From positions 1,725,904-1,789,903 of the forward strand of contig CAJINV010000001.1 of the NCBI GenBank assembly GCA_905178155.1: a stretch of 64,000 nucleotides of DNA, in the 5' to 3' direction. This document shows positions 12,527-25,700 of the stretch, in pieces (within the stretch, counting starts at the first letter, position 1; each line of letters opens with the position of its first letter). The notes under the pieces were generated by a model. That model was not told the origin of the DNA and did not search any database. It worked only from the letters and a program-made list of their open reading frames with translations. The DNA comes from Amoebophrya sp. A120. Taxonomy: Eukaryota; Protista; Dinoflagellata. A program made the translations under genes and the position numbers.

Positions 12527-15500
12527 CTATGTTTTCTCTTCCCCGTCTTTTTTGTTTGCAGCTTGTATCCCCGGGTCTATTTGCTGCAGCAGTTTACTTT
12601 CGGCCATGCCATCCGAGGAGCCGCCAAGCGTGTAGCCGCCTTGGGAAGCAGCTGCACCGGGGGACGAACCTGTGGCCCCACTTTCCCGTTGCATGCTATC
12701 CAGAAGGTGGTCCGCCATTTTGGCGTCGCTGCTCGTCTGTTGGTCCTTGGATGGTGGGTTCGACCCAGACGCGTTGCTGGCACTGGCGCTCCCGCTGCCA
12801 CTGGCGCCGCCACCGCTGCTCGAGACCGAGGAGGAGACAAGCGGGGCGCCATTCGGCCTTCCAGTCGTGGTCGATGAGCTCTGGTGCTGTGCACCAGCTG
12901 GTGATGTTCCGTTACTTACTTCCTGTGCCTTGATGCCCGGAGCGAGTGCTGACGACGGGCCGGCCGCGTTAGTAGAGGAACTCGAACTAGATGTTGACAT
13001 CAACTTAAAATTGGAATTGAACTCGTTTTTGAAGGCCTCGATCGCTTCCGGCGTGCGTTTGTCCATCATATCTTCGATGCTGCCGCCGCTGAGGTGCCCC
13101 CCGAAATTGGTCCACTCCGTGACGTCGTGGCCCAGTTCGTTGGCGATCTCATGCAGTCGCTCCTGTTCCTGCATAAAGGACTGCAGACTCGGGTTCTTCA
13201 GCATTTTTCGGTGGATCTCCTCCTGCTTTTTGTCGAGCGCCTCCTGTCTTTTTTCCTCGGCTTCTTTTGCGGCCTTTTCCTGCGCTATTTTCTCTTCCTG
13301 TTTCCTCTCCCAGCTGCGCTGTAGGCGCGGACGCACGAGCAGCAGCAATAGCAAAAAGGCGAACACCAGGACGAGCACCTGTTGTTTGGTAGTAGTTGGG
13401 GTTGTGAATTATATTATAGGCTAGAGAAGATGCGCTGAGACAACTAGAGGTGTTGAAAATCTTTATCTTGCCATTGTCGTATAGCTCTTGCAATTGCAGC
13501 AGCTTTACTCGACGATTGCAATTTATTTCCGTAAAAAGACGAAAAAAATCCGTCGGCGTTGCAACTACAGGGTAACAGCACAAGTCAGTGAGCGCCTTGC
13601 GAAGGCTATCAAAGCCAGCGAGCCACGCGACGTCAGTCACCATGATCTGCTGTCCGGACGAAGGTGGTCATCCTCATCTCTCTATACTACAACATAAAAA
13701 ATTCATCTTGAGCAACAAGAATACGTGTGTTCTGGGGTCCCGGAGCATTTTTCGCTGGATTTCGTCCAGCGGTGGCATCTATCAAATGCAAAAGTGTCTG
13801 GGTCTGGAACAAAGCAACTTGTCATGCTAAATCTGAATCATGTAAAAATCTGTGTTGCATGATTGCAAAAAGCTGTCCACTTTTGAGCCAATCGACAGGT
13901 GGTTTCTCATGCAGAATAGGCATGATAGAACTCTCACAGAATCATCTGTCATGCTATGTCTTACATACCAGACCTCATGGGTCATGGAAAACCTGCATGA
14001 CAAGTCTGGCACTCTTCCAGACCCAGACACTTTTGCATTTGATAGCATCTCCAGAAGCCACTTGTGCGCAGCCAGCGCCTGCAGCACGATGGTCACAGGC
14101 GCGGTCACCGTCCCCGGGTCCAGCTCGATCGATCGCTGGTAGAGCCGTTTTGCCAAAGCCAGGTCCTGCGGAATGCCCAGTCCAAATTGGTACATGAAAC
14201 CTGGGATGAAGATGATAAATTCAGATTTGGTGGAGTTCGGTCCGGAGATCTTCAGGCTAACAAAAAGCCTGCTTCCGGACAGAGATCATTGAAGCGAACC
14301 TGGAGGAAGACGAAGAGCCTGAGACAGGGCAACGACGAGCTCACGGTCACGCACAGGAGCTGCATTAAAATTCATATTTGAAAAAAAGCAAGCTTCTCGA
14401 TGTTGAAATTATGATAGCAAATAAGTATACCAAGGTTGAAGCTTGCTCGGGCGACGAAGTGCTGCATCCATTCCCCGGTGACCTGCATGTTGGATACCTT
14501 CCAGTAGTGCGAGATCGCGGCCTCCATGTCGGGCGGGTGTGCGTGGAGTTGCGCGATGCGCTCCAGCGTCATGGAGGATTTCTTCAGTTGATCCAGCAGA
14601 TTCTGATCGCCATCGGCGTCCGCACCGTTGGACGACTCGTCGATGCGCTCGAGGATCTCACGCGCCTCGGACTCGGCGAGCAGGTCTTCCTCGTTCCATT
14701 TCGAGCGGGGGGACTTCTTCTTGGCCCGGGACCGCATTTCCTCCGCCGTCTTGACGCCCATAGACTTCATAATCTCCACCTCTTCTGCCGACAGCATGTC
14801 ACTGTTTAGCACGTCCTCCACTTGCTCAGCACTTTGCGGGTTGTAAATGCCAAGTTGCTCCTCGTCGTGCTCACTCGTTGCGGCCCCCGAAGATGGCCGC
14901 GCTTGAGCCCCCGAGTTGCCATCGCTATTTGAGGATGTTGCACTCCCTCCGGCTGCCGCGTCAGAGGACGCTCCAGGAGTAGTAGAAGATTCGCCACTTT
15001 TACTATTAGGCGGTGCAATCATGCTGTTTGTGAGCTCTTCTAAGGGGCTGTCGCTCCGTGCCCAGCCGTAGTAGGCAAAGTCGCCCAAGCGGAGCTCGCT
15101 GCTTGCGCTCCCCTGGTCTGCAGACAGTTCGTAGTGTATTGTGAGGAAAAATCCCCCCTCCCCATATCAAAACGAAGTTTCTGATGCTGGATTTGCGTAC
15201 ACAAATCAGATTTGTGTTGCTGGAGAGGACTGCAGGCCTTTACGAAGCCTGAGTGGAGAGGTTTTGGGCTAGGCGCTGAGCATAGCAAACGTCTAGTCTG
15301 TCGGGCCAACAGCATCACAAACCGCTTGCAGAATGCGGCGGAGCCTGTGGAGTTGCGTTCTTGCAAGACAGAGACGATTTGTGGTCACAAATCAGCATTA
15401 CAAATTTTCTGAGACGTACCTTTTCGATATGGGGAGGGGGCATTTTTCCTTATGATATAGTGCCGCTGCGCATAGAACCGCGAAAACAGGGGGGACGCCA

Positions 15501-18500
15501 TCACCAGCGAGGACTTGCCCGTGTCCATGAGGTGCGCTAAATTCATCTGCGCCACCTCGTGGCCCGCCTCGGCGATATGGATTGCAAAAGTGTCTGGGTC
15601 CGTCTGGAAGAATGCAACTTGTCATGCTAAATCTGAAGCATGCAAAAATCTGTGCTGCATGATTACCAAAAGTCATCCAATTTTGACCAAGTCGGGAGGC
15701 AGTTTCTCATGCAGGATAGGCATGAGAGAGATCGCGCAGAATCTGTCATGCTAGGTCCTGCATTCCAGACCTCATGGGTCATGAAAAAGCTGCATCACAA
15801 ATCGCGCATTCTTCCAGACCCAGACATTTTTATATTTGATAGGCGAGCTGCAGGAACAAAAACGCGGACATGTCGGCGTTCGTGTACTGGCTGGCGGCCG
15901 AGCCCGTTGCTGCAGAGGTGAAAGAGCTGGAGCTACTGGTGGTATCGGTCGTCTGACCAAGCTGCTGCAGCGCGTACGCCTCCTGTAGTCGACTGCTCAC
16001 CCAGCTCCCGCGCTCGCACACACGCTTCAACAAATTCACGGCGATACTGCAGTCACGAACGGTGCCAACACCCTGATTTGATTTTGTTGAAAGGAGGATG
16101 AGTAGACATTGATCTTCGGTGAAAGCGAGCAGAAGGGAGAATGAGATGCACCTCCAAATTTCCGAATTAGTACAGACGCATTTTCAAGAATTTTAGGTGC
16201 TGACGCTCGCTGACGTTGTCAAGAGCCACTACTTTGTTCAACATCCTTTATTTCCTTGCTATGTCCATCCGCGACCGCAGCGCACACACATATTCGTAAT
16301 GAAAATGAAAAACATCAAAACTAACATAAACAAAGTACATTCAGGTGCATGATGGCGAGTGAATAGGCCGCGGGCGTGTGGCCTCGGTCTAAGGCCTGGG
16401 TGTACCACAGCACGGCTTTTTGGAAGCTCTGCTCGACACCGACCCCCGTGAGAAACACGGAGGCAAGATTGAACATGCCGTCGGCGGACCCTGCGTAGGA
16501 ACTCTCGTTGAAGTGCTGGTAGGCAAGCTTCACATTTCGCTCCTGCTTGTCCGTACCGTGGAAATAAATGTACCTGGTTTAGAAGTAGAAGCAGTGGCGT
16601 TGATGTTGAAATATGAAGGCGTTCATCTCCCGAAACTCAGCTGCTAAGAATTTCGAGGTGGAACAACCTTGGACCACACGACACAAGCTGCTGACGCAGA
16701 AAAAAACTTTCCGAATCTTCACGAGGTACGTAGAAGTTGTGCTGAGTACAACAGGATCCAACTTAGAAGTACCCGAGCCCGTTCTGCCCGAGCGCGTCGC
16801 CCTCGATTGAGGCGGAGACGAAGTACTCGTGCGCGGTGTCGAGATTTTTCTCCACCCCCAGCCCCAAGGCGTACATGTACCCGAGGAGGCCGAAGGAGCC
16901 CCCGTGGTTGGCATTGGCGGCGAGTTTCAGGTACTCCAGTGCCTTGGCATAGTTCTGGCGGAACCCGTCAATGCCCAGGAGGTACCGTTTCCCGATAGCC
17001 GCCGCCACGGCGGTGTCCCCAGAGGAGGCGATCTGGGTGAATAGGTTGATTTCCCCCTCCGACATCATCTTTTTGTTCTGTTTGTGGTCCAGGTTCAGCC
17101 GGATCAGCTCGACGGCCTGGGGCATGCCACTGGAGTAAATCTCCGTGATCCCCTTCGCAACCTCGATGTAATTCAGCGCAGCGGTGGAACCTGGTGAGTA
17201 GATGATAATTTTTGCTGACTTATCATCATAGATACGGTAAAGAATGAAAGAGGAAGATTTATTTCAACATAATCTGAGACTGAGTCTGACTCTCTCGTCC
17301 CTTACAACCCATATGAATTTAAGTCGTGCTAACTTGGAAAGTGGCATTATTTGGAAGCTAAAGAAAATATTAAATAGGGAATCAATATTATCCGTACATA
17401 TCTTTGGCACGTCGAACCCCTCTGAGTGGCGATAGCCCATGGCCATCAACGCGCCCGCGTGTCCGGCAGTCGAGGCTGCATAGAGGTAAAGAATGCTCAT
17501 AGCGTCCTTACTTGACTTCGGAAGGTTGGTCGCACGGCCGTGAACCTGTTATAAAGAGTTTTGCTTTTTTTTATTCACCAGTAAAACCCCTATTTGGCCT
17601 TGATTTTCGATCTCGATACAGAATTTGCTCTGTTGTACTACCGTGCAAAAGGTGGAGCAGCGACAGCAGCGGTTGACGACGTGTTGTCGCAGAGCACATC
17701 GTAGAAAATAAAGAACGCCGTCTTGTTCGTGTACGCGGCCACCTGGTTTAGTAGTTTCTCTCGCAAGCCGCAGACCTGTAGCACAGGTCTGCCTCAGCCT
17801 CTGCCTGTAGTTAGGCGGGGAAATAAAAATAAAGAACACGAGGGCAACATCAAAGCAGCAGGAAAATAGTATGAATAACTATCATCTTTAAATATATACA
17901 ATTTTCTGGAGTATGTCGTAGTGCGGGTCTTCCTCCAGAATGTTCGCGAAGAGCACCCCGAGGTTGTACTGTGCGTCTTCATTCCCCACGTTCGCTGCCT
18001 CCACGAAGTGGTGAATGGCCGAGGTAAAATTTTTCTCGAACACCATTCCAGTCAGCAGGAACTCGCCGATTTTGTTTACGCAGTACGGATCGTAGACAGA
18101 ACTTTTGTTGCCAATGTTGTTTTGCCCACTGCCGTCCGGGTTTTCCCCATCTTGTTCCTGCTGATCCTTTTCGTTTGGAATGATCGGCCTAGGGTGTTTG
18201 AAGGTGTACATGGTCTCTCCCATCACGTCCTGCTCTTCCTGATCGGTTGTTCCACCCTCACTGTTCGTTTTCGGCACAATGGCATTGGCGTACTGGCTCC
18301 GCGCCACGATCTCGCGGAGATTCTCGGGCACCTTACGGCGGTCGCTACAGAGCTCCAGGTACTGCTGGGCTCTCGGAAAATCCCGGGCGGTGGTGTAGTC
18401 GATTGCCGTCCGGAGGATGCTCGAATACCTGTACGGATGAGTAGTGGTATCTTCATGCACAAGATGAATATCGCGTGTGTGTGCCTGTGCTGTTCCTGTT

Positions 18501-18839
18501 GTAGCAAGAACTCTGTACTATTTCTTTTGAAGTGCGAACCGCAATCGGCTCATGTTTCTCTTCTTTTTCATGTAGTTCCCCTCAAATGTTCTTTGCAGAT
18601 AGTGTACTTTTTTATTTTTACCTTCGCATCTCTTCCGGGCGCTCCTCCTCCCCGGCGAAGGGATTTCGCTCTCTGCTCGGGCTTATGGTCTCTGCCACAT
18701 CGAAAGGCACGAGTCCCGTGTCGGATGCTAGGTCGAGCAGCGGTTCCACGATCATGTACACGATCCATACCTTGCCAAAATACAACAAAACCGCCAACAC
18801 GGCGACCACAGCCGCCAGTTTCGTTGCGAGGTTTGCCAT
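12527..18839 (-). CDS. SEL1L: Sel1-repeat ERAD protein, SEL1L/Hrd3 homolog, with 7 GT-AG introns and 3 TIR elements
   Basis: Reconstructed motifs ALMAMGYRHSEG, LLGYMYALGLGVEKN, LAEAGHEVAQMNLA, SADQG...LRLGDFAYYG, FNLGFMYQFGLGIPQDLALAKRLY and a C-terminal TM; start codon is inferred. Confidence 0.88.
13780..14044. mobile_element. Introner-like TIR element, family A
   Basis: 30-bp perfect TIR TATCAAATGCAAAAGTGTCTGGGTCTGGAA; duplication GCATC. Confidence 0.95.
15137..15457. mobile_element. Introner-like TIR element, family G (single copy here)
   Basis: TATTGTGAGGAAAAATCCCCCCTCCCCATATC...GATATGGGGAGGGGGCATTTTTCCTTATGATA; duplication TAGTG; removal gives YAQRHYELSADQG. Confidence 0.92.
15576..15841. 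mobile_element. Introner-like TIR element, family A
   Basis: Family A ends; duplication GGCGA; removal restores QLAEAGHEVAQMN. Confidence 0.95.
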
Positions 18840-20609
18840 CTGCCGCTGGACGACTGGCAAGGTCTGTAGTGAATCCAGACGCTGAACAAGCTTGTACTCG
18901 ACCACGCACCAATCAAGCTGCTGCCACTCCTGGGCCGGTCTGTTAACAGAAGAAACGGTCAACACAGTCGCGACACGCTGGTTCTTTCGGCTCCATTTTT
19001 TCTTTTCTTCGCGGTGTTGTGAACGACATAAACCTTGCTTCGACGCGACACGAGGACATTTCTTTCCGGTGAACGAAGGAGACCCCGACAAGAGAGGTCA
19101 TCATCATGATTTTCTACAAGCTATACTGTTGCTACCCACACCAGATATAAAACAAACTTCTTTTAATAAAAATAAAATTCCATCAGATAATGTTGAGGGT
19201 CATATACTTACGTTTGAGATGAAATAAGAGAATCACATGGATATGATCATTAGAGACGGGGACAGATAACAATTATGAAGACCGAGGGGGCATCAATCTG
19301 CAACCTACAACTAGGAGTGGCGCTGAATGCGAAATGGATATCAATACGCAGGTAGAGATGGTCGTGCTGGAATAGACGTATTAGATTTGAAGATATTCAG
19401 TAAAGTGGTTTTTGTTTTTTAGCCAAAACACGATTTTTGTGATTCCATTACGATTGATGTTAAAATGGAGTTCTGTCGATAAAGAATTTGCGGCGATCTT
19501 GATCGGCACATGACTTTGTAGAACCTCGAACACAGTCTTGGTTGCTGAGGCGCACCATAATGCAGGAGCGCACTGCCTCTCGGGGCGTCCCATGATACAG
19601 GTGCAAAACCTTGCGACCCTGACAACGTGCGATCGTAAGGGATGGCCAGATTTTGTTTATCTTCGGAAACGCTGCAATCATACATTCATACCATGAGGCA
19701 GGCGTCAGCTGTCTCGCGCTTGCTCTGGTGTAGTAGTTTATGAACTACTTTAAGAGAAGATTTTTCTACAACGTATACTTTTTATCCTGAGTCAATGACT
19801 ATAGAAGCCGCAACTTATTTCTGGCAGGAGGACTTCTACCACTATTCATCGATTCGCCCCTCGCATGAAAAATCCGAATGCGCTTCTTGGTCGCGTTCGT
19901 TTCCAATTTTGCGCGTTGCTCGGCATAGCCATCGTTCCGGTCCTCGGAGACGAAGCTACACTCCCAGAATGCTGCTCGTCGAATAAAGCCGCCACGTTGC
20001 TCGTGCTTTTTCCTGCAGCATTTGATGACGGGTAAAAAGGTCCACCTCGCCACGCGACACCGCTCAACGTCGAGGGAGATGAAATAAGCAACTTCTTATT
20101 TCTTGACACGGGTGAATCATGGTTCTTGTCCTGTTCTCCTGCTCGTCTCACTTCCAGTGGGTGGCGCGCAGAAATTTGGGACGCACGAACCAGGCCGATC
20201 CGTGGGGTCTTGCCGTCGGATTTCGCGACGGAATGCCATCGAATCTTCAGCAGATCGTGATCACCATCCACGATTGCACACACGACGCTGCCCATCGTGC
20301 CGGGCAGGACTTTGAATGCCGAAAGTGCGCTATCGAAGCAAAAAAGTGAAGATGTCCTGCTTTTTATTGCGTACGTCATCTGCAAGAGGTTAAGGCAACG
20401 AGCGAAGAATCTCAAAAATCATTGCAAATTTTGAGCTTACCTAGTGGTTCGTCTGTCTTATGCTGAAGCCCAACTAAAAAGGCTTGAAAGACAAACCACG
20501 AGCACCAGACTTGCTCTAAAGCGATTACGATGGATTAGTAGACGTGGCAAGCAAGAAATGCACAAGAAACAGTGTCTGTAAGTGCCACCTAAGCAAGACG
20601 TTACTTGTT

Positions 20610-22293
20610 CTAGAAGATTTGCCTGCGAGTGCGAGGAATCTCTATCTCTGTTCCGCAAGTAGAACAAAAATTGCGCGCGAGATACGTATCTATGTACTTT
20701 TTGCTTGGATATTTGCTATGCAACGACTGCTGCGTGCCGTCACATTTCCATTTCATCTTTTCGAGGGCGTACACCTGCTGTCGTAACCGAAACTTTGGCA
20801 CCTCGGAGCAAGTTGTAGACCCTTCATGATCTCCAACATTTGGAACAAAAACCTGCGATGGTCCTCGTGGTGCTCCGAACTCTCCTCCGTCCCCGCAGGA
20901 GGCGCTCGGTGTTACATCATCGCCGGCCCCAGGAAGTGTTTCTTGGATAGGATCTTCTTCTTCTTTACAACAGGCAGCAAGGTTGATGTTCTTGGGGTTC
21001 TTCATCGCGGGGTTAACCCGCGTGGTGGATTGATCCGAAGCGGCGCCATGGTTGTGGACAACACGAACATGCGCAGAATCAGAAAGATTCTCGGCCCGCT
21101 GCTTCGGTAGTTCTTGCGGTCCAGCACGACCCAGGCTAGAATCACCTTCATCCGGGTGCAGCTGCAAGATCGAGGTCAGAGCAGAAACTTCGCAGAGCTT
21201 GTCCTGGAAGGACTTCAGTGTGGACTCCAGGTAGCGAATATCAAACAAAAAAGTGTATCACGTTAACGGTAGTTGTGAGCCATTGCAGTCATGCATTTGC
21301 ATGAAAAGTTTCGCTAATATCATGCATGCTGTGCTGTGCAATACAATTTATTTAGGGCATTACTTATCATCAACATCATTTCTGACGCATTACTGCTACT
21401 GCATCCCAAATTCCGTTAACGTTAAATATTTTTTGGTGCTGTGTGATACCGGATTCGCTTCTCCATTTGCTGCACACGGATATGAAAGCCTCAGACTGGA
21501 AATCCTCAAAGTGGAAATAATTTGTGATGCATGAAATGCAAGGCAAAAAAGACTGCATTGCAGAGGACAGAATGGAGGCCGACTCTTGTCCTGCTAGGGG
21601 TTCAGAATTGGGCTGCTGATTAGCACGAGAGAAGGGCACCCCTTTGCCTACCTAGCATGACAGACATCCTTTGAGTGCCCGGAAAATTTGTCATGCGCCG
21701 ACTAGAAATGGCGCTTCGACTGGAGTCGTTTTTTTGCATATACAAATTATTTCCACTTTGAGGATTTCCAACGTGAGGCTTTCATAACGGACTGCGAGCA
21801 CTTCCGTTTTCCTCGCTTGTTGGTGCTCCGAAGATGAACAAGCTGGATTTATGTCAAGGTCTTCTCGAGCGTGGGCGTCAACGTGGTCCACGGCGGCCAT
21901 GCTAGTGTTGAAAGAAGAAGAGGAGACCACAGGGTGAGAGAATGCTGGTGCTGACCTCCTTGTTTTCGCCACGATTTTTATTTCCCCTGCGGCTCCGCTG
22001 ACGGCCCGTTCTTTGCAATCACTCATCGCCGACGTGGCAGTTGAAGGGGTAGTGGTCTCCGTTTGATGTTTTCTTTTGCTGCTACCATCAGTCCCTGTTA
22101 GTACGTCGATCTGACTCCTTTCGATCTCGGCCGCATTCGCGCTCGAAGGACCGGCAGCAATGCTATGTCCTGCTGCGCATGATCTCCGTTCGTCAGCCCA
22201 GGATGCTTTCGAGAAAACACTGCCCGACTGACGGAGTTGCTTGTTGTCCTGGCGCAAAAGCGCCGCAGCGTAGCGACTGGCCGGATCGTCCAT
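20610..22293 (-). CDS. Hypothetical coiled-coil protein with two elements and a 27-nt micro-exon
   Basis: Join reads EVLAVR-VQQMEKRIR-YLESTLKSFQDKL in frame. Confidence 0.7.
21239..21448. mobile_element. Introner-like TIR element, family F
   Basis: Homologous to 55230-55384 (CCGTTAACGTTAA, ...TGTGATA end); flanks gcgaa/ccgga. Confidence 0.8.
21481..21786. mobile_element. Introner-like TIR element, family H (single copy here)
   Basis: ~45-bp TIR TATGAAAGCCTCA...GGAAATCCTCAAAGTGGAAATAATTTGT; duplication ACGGA. Confidence 0.93.
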
Positions 22294-22770
22294 TCTTCAA
22301 AAGATTTGGCTATACATACACGACTTTATGCATAGTCTTTTTTACGAAAATGTTCCCGTGTGTGTTTGACATTGACTACTTACAGGCAAGAGCTATCACG
22401 TTTTTGAAACCGAGACTCTTTATCTTCGTTCTGCTTTTTACCTTCAGTATAAAAAAAATGAAACTCGCGGCTGGCTCTGGCTCTCTGTTGACGATTATTA
22501 ATTTCATCTGTGAGATGTGAGTACACTTGCACGTCACCCTGACCGCACACTTCCCTCTGATAGACAACAACAGAAGGAGCCATCAGGCACCCCACCGCGT
22601 CGAAACGCTAGGGGTCGGGCTGCAATGTCTGCACATCGAAGACAAGAGCGCCGCCTGTAGAAGCAAGAAGACATGCGTTGTTCAGAATCACAAACTGAAC
22701 TAGGTCGACTCAGATTCTTGAAAAAGTCCTTACGCGCGGGATCTCAAGGGGGTAGACTTTTGAACACCAC

Positions 22771-25700
22771 CTAAGGAGGTGGCGCTGCTTCTCCCCCACC
22801 AAATAACCCCATCCGATTGCCAGCAAAGTAGCCGACTATCAAGTGCAAATAATATCTGGGTGTCGGTTAGGAAGGGCGCAACAACAACAAGACTAGTCAA
22901 CATGCATCTACTCGCGGACCATGCGCATGGTCTGATATGCACGACACAGAAGCAACATCTTGCTCACAGATTTATTTGCAAGACCTCCTTGATGTTGCCT
23001 ATCCCGCATGAGAAATCCGGCTCAGCCTCTTTTTGGACAAGAAGTGGGCAACAACTTGTGCGGTTCCTTCTTTGATCATGCAGCACAGATTTTTTTGTGG
23101 CGTCGCGTGACAAGTTGCACGACCCTTCCCAGACCCAGACGTGTTTGCAAGACTGCATACCGAGCACCCCGAGACCGACACCAACGACGATGAGCTTGGG
23201 CAGTGAGATGTAGCTGACACTCTCCGCAGCGGCCACGCCCTCGTCGTCCTCGGTTTTTTTTGCAGTCGCCACTGGGGTCGCGTTTTGGGTCACGGTCTCA
23301 TTCACAAGCACCTCCTGCTCCTTCTCCTTCTCCGCACAAGTATTGCTTTCGGGCTGGAACTCGTAACCCTCGTCGCATCCGGTTGCTACGCAAATGTGAT
23401 CGCCTGCGTTGTTGCAGACTTGCGTGCCGTTATTTATATTTCCCTCTACGCGCGCACCGTGCGTGCATCGGCACACCTTTGCCTCGCAGGTCTGCGTGTT
23501 CTGGCCCAACACGTTCTTGCTGAAGCCGTCTGGACATGTGAGGCAGAAATTGTTTCCGTCCACGGGACATTCGGCGCCCGTCGCGGCCCGCTCCGGATCG
23601 GAAGCGCAGACGCACTGCTTCACCTTGCAACACGTCGTCGCATCCGCCCCGGTCTTGTCGCAGGCTTGTCCTGGGCAATAGGTATTTTGCTGCGCGGCAA
23701 TCGAGACATAGCCTCCCTCTGCCACCGCGGCTGTGCTGACCGTACTGCAGAAGTTTGGGTCCGTCTTGCATTGCGCTCTCCGGGTACAACAATCCGTCCC
23801 GTCGTTGCTGCAATTGTCAGCCCCGGCACTGCATCTTATGCCTTCTGGGTTTCCCTTCGTTAGGTACTTCGCAGCGTTGCAAGTGGCCTCTTTGCTTTTG
23901 CAAGTGTGGTCGCAGCACGTGTAGAGGTCGTCCGAATTGCAGACTGAGCCCGCGTATGCATTGCGAATGTCGTATGTGTGTCTGGCTGGTCTGAAAGAAT
24001 GCAAGCGCAACGCTTGCAATTCTCGTGCTCGGCTTCGGCTAGCATGACTCATACATAAATATGTCTACTGCAGTCACCGTGCATTTTTACCCGAAAGCAT
24101 CCTTGCTCTGTCATGCAGAAATAATCATGCAGAAGCAGAATTATACCGATTAGGACTACTTACACGGACAACACCTAAAAAGAGCTCCAAAGTAAGATTA
24201 TATTCATGCTCAGCCGTCAATCGTGGATTTCTCGTGATTCTTCAAGAACGAACCAGCATCACGCAAAGTGAAGTTTCCAGCACCAGACCTGCAGCCCCAC
24301 ACATTTGCATTTTATAGTGCGCATTTATTCGGAAATGGCTCTCCGCGCAAGCGACTCTGGTTCTCGCAAAACTGGTAACTACAGGTCGCGCGCGCCACGC
24401 AGCAATCGGCAAACTCGCACAGTCTGCCGTGGCAGCGAACCTCCGAAGACCCGCTCTTCAGCGTGTTTGCGGAGAGGGGGTTACAAAGGGAGACCTTGCA
24501 CTTTCCGTCGCAACACTTGGGTTTGTTGCAGTCTTTCACGTTTCCGTTGCTGTCCGTGCCGCAATACCGGGTGGCTTTGTCATCCCTGTCCGCCCAGTCT
24601 TCGTTCGGAGTGCACGATATCGCGGCGCAGCTGTCGAGTGCCGTGCAACATTTTGCCGCGTCGCAGCCTGCACTGCCGCAGGCTTCGTCGTCGTTGTGCT
24701 GCTGCGAGATCGCATTCGACGCATACTTGCCCCCGTGGGCAGCGTCCTCGCAATTGATGCCGTACCCCGTGGGCGTCGTACTCCAGAAGTACGCACAAAT
24801 CTCCTTCCTGAAGCAGAACTTGTCTCCGATGCGCCGACGACCCGGTGCGTTTTTGTCGTCGCAGCACCCGTCTTTCCAGGTGGTCCCAAACGTAAGTGAC
24901 GTCATGGCGCAGTACGCTCCGCCACGAAAGTTGCCCGTAACGGAGGTGCCATCAATCTTAAACATTCGCCGCCGATATTCGTTGGTCGGCTTACCGGCGG
25001 AAAAGAAGCAGACCACTTTGGTAGAACCACTTTTGTACTCCGATTCCAGGGGATCGAACACGTAGCTATTGCACGAGGCCCCTCGGTTATTGCATTCGTC
25101 TGCGCAGACCTGCGTTATCGGTTCGGAAGTTTTCGTTAGGGTTAGCTTCTCCAGATCCGTTCCGCTTCCGCATCTAACGAAGTCCGTTTTGTCGCACATA
25201 CACCAGCCATCGTCGAAAGTATCGTCGCTTGACACGCCATTATAGTTTGGGTTGTCATACCCACCCGGAGTTACTCCCTATGAACTGCAAAAGTATCGCA
25301 TTCGTATAAATGCATGACAAATTTCCTCAGCATGAAAAATAAAATTTGTAATGCGAATTTACCTTCATGTAATGCATGATTGCAATACGAGTGCGATACT
25401 TTTGCAGAGGATACTCCTCCATCGAGGTCATATTCCGGACTGCGCCGCCGGCCCATGCACATGACCCTTTGGCCACGAGATCCTGCTCGCGTTCCTCTTA
25501 CGACTTTTCGCGCCGCAACGGCGCTGGTGAGTGTGGTGGTTGCGCCACCAGATAGGGTCGCGTTCGTGCCATGTGCATGGCGAGTCTTGTAGTGGCGTCG
25601 AGATCAATGTTGATACAGAGAAATCGGATTGGACGCACGCCGTCCTTCTAGTTTCCTCTGCGAAGCAGGATGAACGGGTGCCCCTTATTCCCAGAAAAAA

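Noticed and set aside
19242-19682. Possible ancient TIR element (TATGAT...ATCATA)
   Set aside because: Very weak end similarity, no flanking duplication and no frame to test.
19846-20415. 189-aa ORF, and similar short ORFs at 29122, 33571, 34066 and 52506
   Set aside because: They may be exons, but I could not assemble or recognise them, so they are not listed as features.
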